DNA of 55,391 nt. It comes from a virus (lineage: Duplodnaviria > Heunggongvirae > Uroviricota > Caudoviricetes). The notes under the pieces are model-generated. The model did no database searches and was not told where the DNA came from. It saw only the letters and a list, made by a program, of their open reading frames with translations. A program made the position numbers and the translations under genes. Of this stretch, positions 20,484-29,452 are shown in pieces; the stretch's first letter is position 1, and every line of letters begins with the position of its first letter. The DNA is taken from IMG/VR virus record IMGVR_UViG_3300036771_000024, positions 1 to 55,391 of that record, one strand, 5' to 3'.

Positions 20484-20831
20484 TCATCCTTCGTTCGGTA
20501 TCTGGCTGATCGTCCCGGCGATCCGGCACGCGTCATACCCGCGTCCGGCCAGGACGAGCTGGGTCCTGCGCGGCGGCCTGGTGATCAGCGCACGCTGTGC
20601 ATCGGTGGTGGGCTGGGCCAGCGCGATCAGGGCGTAGATCCACATCATCCGGTGGATCGTGTAATGGCACGAGTCGCACACCTGGACCAGGTTCGCGGCG
20701 ACCGTCTGGCCACCGGCCTCTTTCGGCTGGACGTGATGCCACACGAACCGCACCGGGACCGGGCTGTGGGTCAGGCTGGCCTCGCAGTGGTTCGCTACTG
20801 AACCGGCGAACTCAAGCAGTGGTTCTATCAT
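20484..20831 (-). CDS. HNH endonuclease-like protein
   Basis: WHHVQPKEAGGQTVAANLVQVCDSCHYTIH. Confidence 0.75.
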   Translation of the reverse strand: MIEPLLEFAGSVANHCEASLTHSPVPVRFVWHHVQPKEAGGQTVAANLVQVCDSCHYTIHRMMWIYALIALAQPTTDAQRALITRPPRRTQLVLAGRGYDACRIAGTISQIPNEG

Positions 20832-21341
20832 CCCTTGCCTCCACGGCAGTTACGGCAGAACCTGTGCAGCCCGGCCGCGCATTTCTTACATAGGCAGTAG
20901 CATCTGATCTTCGCCATGTCCTGGTCCTCTCACGCATTCCGGGCAGAGCCGGTCCTCCTGACGGCAGTCGATGGTCCGCCACAGCTCGTAAACCCTGAGC
21001 GGCCTGCCGCACCTGGTGAAACCGGGCTGCTGGTCCTCGTCGTGAATATGCAGGACCGTGAGCGGCTCCAGGGCCGGGACGATGTACCTCATGGTTCACT
21101 CCGGTGGTTGGCACGCTTATGGCGGGCCACGTCGAGGGTGGGGTGCCCGCAGAACGGGCAGCGTTCACGCCGGTCACCGCGCACCCTCTTCTCGGCGCGC
21201 AGCTTCTTGTCATGCCCCGCACCCCGCGCGCCGGAGTGCATGCGGGCGTGGCGGGGCTTCTGGGTGTGGGCCTTCGGCGTGTTCCAGTCGTGTCGTGGCA
21301 TATGAACCGTTTTACACCCGGCGTGGTGGTGAAAGGTGGGT

Positions 21342-21369
21342 GGGGGAGCAGCCCTGGGGCTGCTCCCCC
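21342..21369 (+). terminator. intrinsic terminator facing + strand
   Basis: GGGGGAGCAGCC-CTG-GGGCTGCTCCCCC then GTTGTGTTTTTGTGTTTT. Confidence 0.6.
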
Positions 21370-21853
21370 GTTGTGTTTTTGTGTTTTAGCCGTGACCGGG
21401 GGCGCGTTCCTTGGCTCGCTGTGTGCGTGCCGGGTTGTTCTTGACCCTGCGGTGCTCGGCTGCGTACCGGGCGCACTTGACCCGGTTGCGGTTGAACTTG
21501 CGGTTCTTCTTTCCGCCCTTGTGCGGAGGCATGGGGAGGCTTCACCTCCCTTCCCTGTCGGAGTTACCTTTCCGGCAGGGAATGCGTGCTGCGCACAGTG
21601 GCCTCCTTCCGTTGCTTAATCGTCTTCGTACATACCCTCGATCAGCTCAGCGAACGGGTCCAGGGTATCCAGGTAGTCCTGACCACCAGGCTTGGTAGCC
21701 AGAACCTCGTCTGCCTGCGTCTTGGTCAGCGCCTCAGCGTCGGACCAGGTGCAGTAATCGCTGTCGTGCAGGCCCTCATGACGGGGGTCCTTCGTGCACC
21801 GCCCGCCATGCGAGCAGTAGCTGTCGCACATCAGCACGGTCGTGTCCTTTCTA

Positions 21854-22282
21854 TCAGATCTGGCGCATGACCTCAGCGTCGAACGCCTGCCTGGCGAGGC
21901 TGCGGCATTCCGCCTCGACGTACGAGGTGGTCTTGATCGTCCCGTACGTCGGGATGCCGTACCGCAGCATCTGCTCAGAACCCGGCAGCTCCGGGTCGGG
22001 TGCGTCCATGTGGTGGGCACAGTCGAAACCGAGCCACCACGCATTGTCGTCGCCGCCCTTACCGCAGTCGGTGTCCGCCTCGGAGAAGGTCAGGCCACCG
22101 TGGACCTCCGGGTACGGCTCGATGGAGCTGTAGTCCTTCCCGTGCCACGGATGCCCCGGGGGGACCCGGACGTAACCGCAGCGGTAGCCGAGACGGTTGC
22201 TCGTCACCTCCCATTCGTAACCGGCCTCCATGCCCTTCGAGATCAGGCAATCCGGGTTCGCGGTGGTGATCGGGTTACACAT
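21854..22282 (-). CDS. conserved phage hypothetical protein
   Basis: CGYVRVPPGHPW...VHGGLTFS...WWLGFDCAH signature. Confidence 0.7.
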   Translation of the reverse strand: MCNPITTANPDCLISKGMEAGYEWEVTSNRLGYRCGYVRVPPGHPWHGKDYSSIEPYPEVHGGLTFSEADTDCGKGGDDNAWWLGFDCAHHMDAPDPELPGSEQMLRYGIPTYGTIKTTSYVEAECRSLARQAFDAEVMRQI

Positions 22283-22761
22283 AACTACTCCTCGATCCTT
22301 GCTGGCTGGTTCAGCGGCGGAAGTTCGCGTCCGGTACCCCACTGGTACATGGCTTCGTCCGTACCGCACTGGCTACAGATGTAGGTCTCGTTGTCGACCC
22401 GTGAGAGCGCACCGGGGTACTGGCCGAGTTTCTCACTGGACGGCACCCCGCCTCCGCAACGCGGGCACGGGCCTGCGAAGTCGGAACGCCTGGGGTCGGT
22501 CCTGTTGAGCAGCATAGTGCTTCCTCCTACTCGTCCTGGGGCTGGTCCCCGTCAGCGCCGAGCGAGATATGGCCGGCCCAGTACAGGGGACTCAGCTTGC
22601 CGCCCACCAGGTCGATGGCTTCATCTACGGTGCTGGCCTTTTCACGTGGTACGAGGATGGTCACCTTGACCACCCACTCCTTGTCCTTCACGGTGCCCTT
22701 CCTAGACGAACGGGTAGGCGTCGCGGATGGCGGTACGGAACTCCATCATCCGCTCACCCCC

Positions 22762-23490
22762 TCAAATGTGGCAGTCCACGCAGATCAGGAACGTGGTCTC
22801 CGGCAGTTCATCGATGTACGCGTTGGCGACTTCGAGGTAACCGATCTTGGATCCCTCGCTGGCGTCGTTCATCGCCCACCAGCCCATCTGTCCCTGCTCC
22901 ATCCATCGCCCGTCGCGGGTGAGTATCGCCCAGCCAGGGATCGCGTGCGCCCGGCCCCGCTCGACGTACAGTTCCTCGGGGACCTGCAACGAGCTGATCG
23001 GGTCATCCTGCCACTGGAAGTCGGTTCCTTTCAGCGCCCTGACCCGCGGCTGGGAGTGGTACTCTTCGCGGGCCTGCGCGATGGTGTACCCGTTTTCCTC
23101 GCTGATGTTCTGGGTGAACACCGTCCAGGGCAGCGCTTCCGGGGTTCCGGCTGTTACCTTGAGCCACTCGGCGTACATTTCCCGGGCGGTAGCGGCTCCC
23201 TCGGCGCGCATCCGGTCCAGGTCGAGGGCCATCTTGGGGCCGCCGTCGCAGTACCCCGGCTTGAGTTCGGGGGAACTCCACTGCTTTTCCGGCGTGATGA
23301 CCAGGCTTTCGTGCTCGGGCTTGAACGGGAAGTACCCGCCCCAGCGCCCGCCGGTTACCCACCAGTCCCACTTGGCCTGGGCGTCACCGCCTGGGTGCCA
23401 TTCCTCGGTGAGGTTCTCATCGAACGGGGCGAGTGCCTCTTCTAGCTTGGTCGGGTCGTCAAGGCAGACGACCACAGGAAAGTGTGTCAT
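22762..23490 (-). CDS. conserved phage hypothetical protein
   Basis: AKWDWWVTGGRWGG motif; leaderless promoter TGG-TACAAT-ATAGGT-ATG. Confidence 0.7.
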   Translation of the reverse strand: MTHFPVVVCLDDPTKLEEALAPFDENLTEEWHPGGDAQAKWDWWVTGGRWGGYFPFKPEHESLVITPEKQWSSPELKPGYCDGGPKMALDLDRMRAEGAATAREMYAEWLKVTAGTPEALPWTVFTQNISEENGYTIAQAREEYHSQPRVRALKGTDFQWQDDPISSLQVPEELYVERGRAHAIPGWAILTRDGRWMEQGQMGWWAMNDASEGSKIGYLEVANAYIDELPETTFLICVDCHI

Positions 23491-23836
23491 ACCTATATTG
23501 TACCACTCATGTCCTAGCTATGTACACTTGGGACAGCGTACAAGTTTCTTCCTGTTCCAGATGATCTTGCTGTCCTTGCACCTGTCACACTTCCAGCATC
23601 GTACGTCACGCTCACACCCGTCTTCGCAGGCAGGATGATCCGTGATACGCGCCGAGACAGACTGCAAGCACTCACCGCTGATACTGACCGGACAGCGGAT
23701 CACCCGGGGACCTGCCGCGTGGTGCGAGGACAGCCATGCGCGAACACGACGGCCTACCGGGCCTCTGTCTACCCGGTTCCTGCACGGTGGTATCCCCGGG
23801 GTTCCGCCCCGGGCGGAAAGGAGGAACACCCGGGCT

Positions 23837-24106
23837 TCAGATAGCTGATGGCATCCCGCAGGCATAACAGAACCCCTTGATCACACGCGCCCGCGGGTGG
23901 GGACAACGCCCCGTCTCCTGTACACGTTTCTTCCCTGGCTGCGGCTCCGCGGGCACATTACCCAGGGCCATCTCGACACCCAGGGCCATCTCGATAGCAC
24001 CCGCCACCCACGAAGCCCTGGACTGCCCGGCACGGGCCGAATCAATGGCCTGCGCTACCTCGTCGGACACGCGGACGTTGATGATGACACGCTTCGCCGC
24101 AGCCAT
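23837..24106 (-). CDS. ribbon-helix-helix DNA-binding protein
   Basis: KRVIINVRVSDEVAQAIDSARAGQSRASWVAGAIEMAL; C-terminal CPH...CYAC. Confidence 0.65.
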   Translation of the reverse strand: MAAAKRVIINVRVSDEVAQAIDSARAGQSRASWVAGAIEMALGVEMALGNVPAEPQPGKKRVQETGRCPHPRARVIKGFCYACGMPSAI

Positions 24107-24126
24107 AATCCCAGCATACGCCCCTG

Positions 24127-24402
24127 TCAGTCGCCTAGCTGCTCGCTGATACGGTCGATCTGGTCCACCAGCCACGACTTGCTCATGCCGTCTTCACCGA
24201 TACCCTCGATCACGTTGAGCACATGCTCAGTGATCTCGGATACATCCAGGGCGACGGAATGGTGATGGGTCAGCGCGTTGACCAGCGTCCCGGCCAGCTC
24301 GTACTTCTCGGTGCGCTGACGCAGCAGCGCCATGTACAGCAGGCGGCGGGTCTCATCGAAGTCCGTAGCGTCACTGTCGCTGAATCTAGTCATCTTCGTC
24401 AT
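24127..24402 (-). CDS. hypothetical protein
   Basis: 91-aa ORF divergent from the tRNA promoter. Confidence 0.55.
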   Translation of the reverse strand: MTKMTRFSDSDATDFDETRRLLYMALLRQRTEKYELAGTLVNALTHHHSVALDVSEITEHVLNVIEGIGEDGMSKSWLVDQIDRISEQLGD

Positions 24403-24414
24403 GTCGTCTCTTTC

Positions 24415-24423
24415 TGTTATGAT
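24415..24423 (+). promoter_or_regulatory. extended -10 promoter for tRNA
   Basis: TG-T-TATGAT about 50 nt upstream of tRNA. Confidence 0.55.
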
Positions 24424-24473
24424 GGTTCCTGCCCGGGTCAAAGCCGTGCGGGCCCAGGCCCGGGCACACCCGA

Positions 24474-24547
24474 CGCGGGGTGGAACAGTTCGGTAGTTCG
24501 CTGGGCTCATAACCCAGAGGTCGCGGGTTCAAGTCCCGCCCCCGCTA
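24474..24547 (+). tRNA. tRNA-Met(CAT), initiator type; CCA not encoded
   Basis: CGCGGGG/CCCCGCT acceptor with C1:U72 mismatch, CTGGG-CTCATAA-CCCAG arm with three G-C pairs, GCGGG-TTCAAGT-CCCGC T-arm. Confidence 0.93.
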
Positions 24548-24748
24548 CTAACCGCCGCCGTACACGTACCAGCCCTGCGGCTTCGTCTTCCGGTTGATCT
24601 CGATCACCTCGGGTTCGGCCTTGGCCAGGTCTTCCCGTACGTAGCTTTCACCGAAGGATGCCAGCGCGGATTCCAGGTCGGGTGCTATCGCGGCGGCCAT
24701 CCCGGCTGTGTAGTCGTGGAGCACGTTGGTCCACACGTACAGCTTCAT
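24548..24748 (-). CDS. hypothetical protein
   Basis: Stop codon abuts the tRNA 3' end. Confidence 0.6.
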   Translation of the reverse strand: MKLYVWTNVLHDYTAGMAAAIAPDLESALASFGESYVREDLAKAEPEVIEINRKTKPQGWYVYGGG

Positions 24749-24898
24749 GTGCTTTATCCTGTCACGGTTGCGCCGGTGAACAGGCTGACGAAGAATTTCG
24801 CGACGGCGACCTCACCGCCGTGCCACTGGCCGTGTCCCAGCACGGCGAGCATGATGAAAAACGCGACCAGTATGACCGCTGTGATACTGATAGTCATC

Positions 24899-26293
24899 CT
24901 AAAAATCCTCCATGTCGAACAGGGCCCCCTGGCGGGGGTCCGGTGGCGGCGGTGGCTTCTTCACTTGCATAGCCTTGGCGCGCTCGTTCGTGTCGGTGGT
25001 CCGCCAGCGGGCGAACCGTGAGTAGGAGTGGGAGTAGTCCACGGTCAGGCCGATCCGCCCCAGTGACGCAGCTACCATAGCAGCGCAGCCGGTCCCCCCG
25101 AACGGGTCGAGGATGACCGCAGGCCGGGTGGGTGCCTCGGGCGTGTCGCAGTCACACTCGTACCCGATGACAGTCACGTCGCTGTTGGCGTGGTGGAACG
25201 AACCGGGCTTCTCGTTGCCGTGACCCTCGGTCCCGGCAGCACGGTGCCGGGAGTGGGGTGTGTGGGTGAACCACCCGCCTCGTCTTTCCCGCTCCACGAC
25301 GGGCCGCCTCCCGGTGTTGCACTTGGTGCAGATACCGGTGGGGGACCACCCGGTGATGATCTTCCGGGGCAGCTCCATGGGGAACGCGGCGTAATGCTCA
25401 GCTTCGGGACGCAGGCTGGGACGGTCATCTTTACCGGACCACGACCACGGCTCGCGTGCGAGCATGCGCATGTAATCCTCACCCTCCTTCCACGTGCCGA
25501 ACCAGCAGACGGTACGGCCAGCCTGCACCAGCCTGCACTGCGGGCCGATCAGCGGCTGCACCGGCATCGTCCACACTGACCCGGGCAGGCGGCCAGCGGG
25601 GTGCAGACCTTTTTCCAGGCTTAGCGTCTGCCCCGGTTTCCCGTTGTAGATTTCCGCTGGCCTCCTGCCAGGCTGAGCCCGGCCCGGCTGGAACCGGGTG
25701 AACGACGAGTCGCTGTGTGGTTCACGGATCTCATCGATGCCCGTGAAATACCGGCGTTCCTTCACGATGTGGAAGACGTACTCGTGGCTGGTGCGGGCCC
25801 GGTCATCGACCGATTCGGGGATACCGTTCGTCTTGGACCAGATGATGTCCCGGCGTACGGTCAGGCCCTCGTCTATCACCGCGAGCATGTACCGCTGCGG
25901 GATCCCGATCAGCGACTTGAACGGGACACCCCACGCCTTCTCACCGCCACGCTGGCCCAGTGCCTCACCCCGGGACTTGCGCCGGCCGGACAGGTTCTGG
26001 TCGTGATCGGTGCGGTGACCCTGTGACGAGCAGTACGTGTCACCCAGGTTCACGAACATCGAACCGGACGGCTTGAGGACACGCGCCCATTCACGGGTAC
26101 ATTCCATCAGCGACTCGATGTACTGCCCGGGCGTGGGCTCGGCCCCGATCTGCCCGTCGTAATGCTGCCCCTGGTCGGTGTAGGAGCGGAGAGAGTAGTA
26201 CGGGGGGCTGGTCACGATCAAGTCGACCGAGTTGTCAGGCAGGGGCAAGTGCCGTGCCTCCCCGCGTATCACGACACTGCGCCCGCCTGGCAT
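24899..26293 (-). CDS. DNA amino-methyltransferase (N4-C/N6-A, beta class)
   Basis: VDLIVTSPPYY (motif IV) N-terminal, HYAAFPMELP, ILDPFGGTG (motif I) C-terminal. Confidence 0.88.
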   Translation of the reverse strand: MPGGRSVVIRGEARHLPLPDNSVDLIVTSPPYYSLRSYTDQGQHYDGQIGAEPTPGQYIESLMECTREWARVLKPSGSMFVNLGDTYCSSQGHRTDHDQNLSGRRKSRGEALGQRGGEKAWGVPFKSLIGIPQRYMLAVIDEGLTVRRDIIWSKTNGIPESVDDRARTSHEYVFHIVKERRYFTGIDEIREPHSDSSFTRFQPGRAQPGRRPAEIYNGKPGQTLSLEKGLHPAGRLPGSVWTMPVQPLIGPQCRLVQAGRTVCWFGTWKEGEDYMRMLAREPWSWSGKDDRPSLRPEAEHYAAFPMELPRKIITGWSPTGICTKCNTGRRPVVERERRGGWFTHTPHSRHRAAGTEGHGNEKPGSFHHANSDVTVIGYECDCDTPEAPTRPAVILDPFGGTGCAAMVAASLGRIGLTVDYSHSYSRFARWRTTDTNERAKAMQVKKPPPPPDPRQGALFDMEDF

Positions 26294-26653
26294 CTAGATC
26301 TCCTCGCCTGGGATGTACCCCATGTTCGCCCTGATCGCGACGAACGAATGGCCCGTCTCCGTCATGTGTTCCTTGTGTTTTTCCATGTGGTTGTGGTGCC
26401 CGGATGCGGGCAGGATCAGGGTGCGGTCGCCGTTCAGCTCGCAGTCGATGCACCACGCCTCACCCTTGTCCGGGTAGGGGTCCAGCCACTTCACCAGGCG
26501 GAAACGCACCAGGGTGAGAAGGGAATGCGGGTTAGCCACTGATTCTCCTTGACACAAGGACTATGCGCAGCCTGCCGGCCGCTATGAACAGGCCGGTACG
26601 CCGGAGCACGAACTGCCAGCGTCGCGTACCGGCTATCCAGATCCGCTTACCTC

Positions 26654-27007
26654 TCATTCGACGGCGTAGACGGCGTTGGTCGCGGCGAATCCGGCGCTCC
26701 ACGACCAGTTATCCATGACGAGCTGGTCGAACAGGCGGGAATCCAGGGTGACCTGGTTGGAGACTTCCATTTCGAGCATCCGCAGCTCACGGTTGTAATC
26801 GGCGGTGTGATCCTCGGGGACGGGCAGGCGGAACGCGAGGTCGATGTGCCGTCCTTCACGGGCGTCAGCGAGCCTGGCGTCCAGGATCTCGATAATCCTG
26901 GCCCGGTACGCCTTCTGCGCGGCGAGGAACTTCTCCCGGTGCGAGTCCCGGTTTTCCTCCAGGACGGTGATCAGTTCCGTCTTGTTGACGGTGGTCTCAG
27001 CGGGCAT
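26654..27007 (-). CDS. conserved phage hypothetical protein
   Basis: LPVPEDHTADYNRELRMLEM...FDQLVMDNWSW. Confidence 0.65.
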   Translation of the reverse strand: MPAETTVNKTELITVLEENRDSHREKFLAAQKAYRARIIEILDARLADAREGRHIDLAFRLPVPEDHTADYNRELRMLEMEVSNQVTLDSRLFDQLVMDNWSWSAGFAATNAVYAVE

Positions 27008-27275
27008 CGTTGCCTCCGGTGGGGGTGCGGGGTACGTACATGGGGGATCGTGAGTTGTAGTGAGCCTGGCACGGGCATTCACGGCAGATGCAGATACCGC
27101 CAGTGTCACCGGCGTAGCGCATGAAGCAGCGCTGGCACATGCACCAGCAGTTCCTGAGTCCTTCTGCCATGTGCAGCCGGTCGTGCTTGGGGCCTGCATT
27201 CCGGGGTGGTGTCCCGGGCTGGTTCAACTGTAGAACCGATGCTGTCATACCCTTATCGTACCACTAGTGTAGCAA

Positions 27276-27893
27276 TTAATAGCTACTGTCATCCCAGTTA
27301 AGAGCCCAAGCCTCTAGTGACCGTCCAGTCACGGGTAGTAGCATCCCCCATGAGAGCATCCCGCCGGGGAGCATCAGCACCGCGTGATAACCGGTGCGGA
27401 ACTGCACCTCGTACACCAGGCCGGGGACGGCCAGCTCGCAGTCGCATCGGCAGAAACGAGCCAGCCGAACCCCGGCCAGGCCACCAGTGGCCGCCTGCTC
27501 CAGGTAATCGGCCAGGCAGCCTCCGGGGGTCCGGTTAGCCAGATCAATGATCTGGTCATCGGTCGCGTACACGCCAGTCGCCGCCAGCAGGTGCTCAGCT
27601 ATGGCGACCGGCCCGCACACCGGCAGGTCATGCAGCCCGGACCCGGGCAGCGCCAGGGCTGGTTTCGTCTTCGCCAGCGGTTTCAGGTGATTCCGCTTCC
27701 TTGCCTGAGCAGCGCGGCCGGCAGCAGCAAATCGCAGCGTAGCCTGACGCTGCGCTTTGGAACGCGCGGGCGGTTTACCTGTCTTCGCGATAGCGGCAGC
27801 CCGCGTCCTGGCCTGTGCAGCCCGGCCACCGGCAGCGAACTTGAGAGCTGCGACGTGCTGCGCCTTGGTCTGTACATGCTTCGGATGTTTCAC
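27276..27893 (-). CDS. putative C39/papain-like cysteine peptidase with basic repeated N-terminus
   Basis: VCGPVAIA and YHAVL as candidate Cys/His dyad; FAAGGRAAQAR / FAAAGRAAQAR repeat. Confidence 0.45.
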   Translation of the reverse strand: MKHPKHVQTKAQHVAALKFAAGGRAAQARTRAAAIAKTGKPPARSKAQRQATLRFAAAGRAAQARKRNHLKPLAKTKPALALPGSGLHDLPVCGPVAIAEHLLAATGVYATDDQIIDLANRTPGGCLADYLEQAATGGLAGVRLARFCRCDCELAVPGLVYEVQFRTGYHAVLMLPGGMLSWGMLLPVTGRSLEAWALNWDDSSY

Positions 27894-28195
27894 GGCACCT
27901 CCCCGCTGCCGCTTATCCTACTCCCGCTGAGTGCAGCGCGCCAGGTAATCGGAATACTGGGCGACCCAGTTCAGCGCCGCCATGTATGCCTGCGATGGGG
28001 TCATGGACGGGCGTGCACCGAGGTACGCGGCGAGCAGGAGGCTGGCGGTGCGCATCCTCGCGGCACGCTGTTCAGCAGGTGACATTTTCGTATCTCCGTG
28101 GTTTCTTGACCTCAAGACTCTTGTGTTTTGTTTTTCCGTGGGTTATTCTGGCGTTGGACCAGTCTGCCCGACCATCGTCGGGCACCATCGAGTGG

Positions 28196-28549
28196 TCACT
28201 CCTGGCCGGGTGTCTCGTCTTCCAGATCATCGGCACTGGCCGGGAAAGCACCGCGGATTTCCTGCTCCAGATCGTACGGAAGTGCCTCACGGCCGGTACG
28301 CCGGTCGAGTGAGCGGCGCATCAGGTTCTCCGCGAGCTGCATGTCTTCCTCATCGAGGATGACTTCGATCCTGCGGATACGAGCGGTCGGTACTGTCTCC
28401 CCGCTGTCTGCGTCGGTGGTGACTTTCTTGCCATCCAGGATGCAGATACAGACGTGGAGTTTCTTCGGTTCGCGGATCAGGTCGGACATGATGGCCGACA
28501 AGCCGTTGCCGTCACCGTCAGGCAGGCGGCCAGAAACGCTAACTCCCAT
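28196..28549 (-). CDS. hypothetical protein
   Basis: 117-aa ORF with AGGA RBS. Confidence 0.6.
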   Translation of the reverse strand: MGVSVSGRLPDGDGNGLSAIMSDLIREPKKLHVCICILDGKKVTTDADSGETVPTARIRRIEVILDEEDMQLAENLMRRSLDRRTGREALPYDLEQEIRGAFPASADDLEDETPGQE

Positions 28550-28578
28550 GATGTGTCCTTCTAGTAAGGGGTGCTGTT

Positions 28579-28740
28579 GTGGCGTTCGATCGCAATCTGC
28601 TGCGCTGGGTCCTGATCATCGCGGCGCTAGTGTTCGGTGCGCTGTGGTTCCTGGCGACGGTCGCTTCCGGGTTCTCTATCCCCGACTGGGTTCCCCCGAC
28701 CGGTTTCCTGTGCCTGGTCGTCGCTGTCGCCATGCCGTAG
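28579..28740 (+). CDS. 53-aa two-TM membrane protein (holin-like size), not in ORF track
   Basis: MAFDRNLLRWVLIIAALVFGALWFLATVASGFSIPDWVPPTGFLCLVVAVAMP*; TAAGGGG RBS. Confidence 0.55.
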   Translation: MAFDRNLLRWVLIIAALVFGALWFLATVASGFSIPDWVPPTGFLCLVVAVAMP

Positions 28741-28935
28741 GGCGCGACAGGCGTGACGGCGGATATCCGCCTTGAGGTTGTCCAGCGACCTTCTGTCGCT
28801 ACCGCCGTTCCCGGAGTGGACTGCTACCAGGCAGCCATGCCGGTCGTAGATTTTCAGGTGGCTCGTACGCAGGCTACGCGTGATGATATAGCCTTGTCGT
28901 CGCAGTTCACGCAGGTACTGATCCTGATGCTGCAT
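28627..28935 (-). CDS. HicA-like mRNA interferase
   Basis: LRRQGYIITRSLRTSHLKIY...SDRRSLDNLKADIRR; GGAGG RBS and TGC-TACAAT -10 at 28963-28971. Confidence 0.55.
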   Translation of the reverse strand: MQHQDQYLRELRRQGYIITRSLRTSHLKIYDRHGCLVAVHSGNGGSDRRSLDNLKADIRRHACRALRHGDSDDQAQETGRGNPVGDREPGSDRRQEPQRTEH

Positions 28936-28999
28936 CCCATCCCTCCGGTCTGTTGTACTGGCATTGTAGCAGGTGGTCGTGCCGTAAGGGAGGGGTGTC

Positions 29000-29284
29000 A
29001 TGCCAGCTCGGCGTAAGATCGGGGCCCTGGAACGAGCCGTCCGGCGTGACCTCAGGACCTTCCCCGAATCGGTGTCGTCCGGGACCGTTGCCCAGGCGAT
29101 GCTAACCTTGGCGGCGGAGGCCGACGGGCGCTCACTGGAACCCCGCGACCTGTCCCAGGTCCTCCGCGAGCTGCGCCTGTGCACGGTGCAGCTCCGCGAG
29201 ATGGCCCCGCCCGGAGCTGAGGGAGATAAGATCGATGAACTTCGCAAGCGCCGTGAGGAACGGCTGATGCGGGAACACGGCTGA
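29000..29284 (+). CDS. terminase small subunit (probable)
   Basis: First gene of the rightward operon; C-terminal DKIDELRKRREER typical of actinophage TerS. Confidence 0.65.
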   Translation: MPARRKIGALERAVRRDLRTFPESVSSGTVAQAMLTLAAEADGRSLEPRDLSQVLRELRLCTVQLREMAPPGAEGDKIDELRKRREERLMREHG

Positions 29285-29448
29285 TGGACGACAGCATTCC
29301 CCAGGACCCAATGACGCAACTCGCTGCTGGTGTCGCGCAGCAGCATGAGATGTTCATGGCCTACGTCGAGGCCGGGTTCACCCGCCCCGAGGCGCTGAAG
29401 ATCATGATCGCGGTCATCGTCGCGCACATAACCGAAGACGAAGACTAG
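29284..29448 (+). CDS. small conserved actinophage protein
   Basis: HEMFMAYVEAGFTRPEAL; TGATG coupling. Confidence 0.6.
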   Translation: MDDSIPQDPMTQLAAGVAQQHEMFMAYVEAGFTRPEALKIMIAVIVAHITEDED

Positions 29449-29452
29449 CATC

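Noticed and set aside
26560-26650. Fifth copy of the repeated RNA element
   Set aside because: Has a 9-bp GCCGGTACG/CGTACCGGC hairpin but not the CGGCA-M-GCGG / CGGT-M-TGCCG consensus
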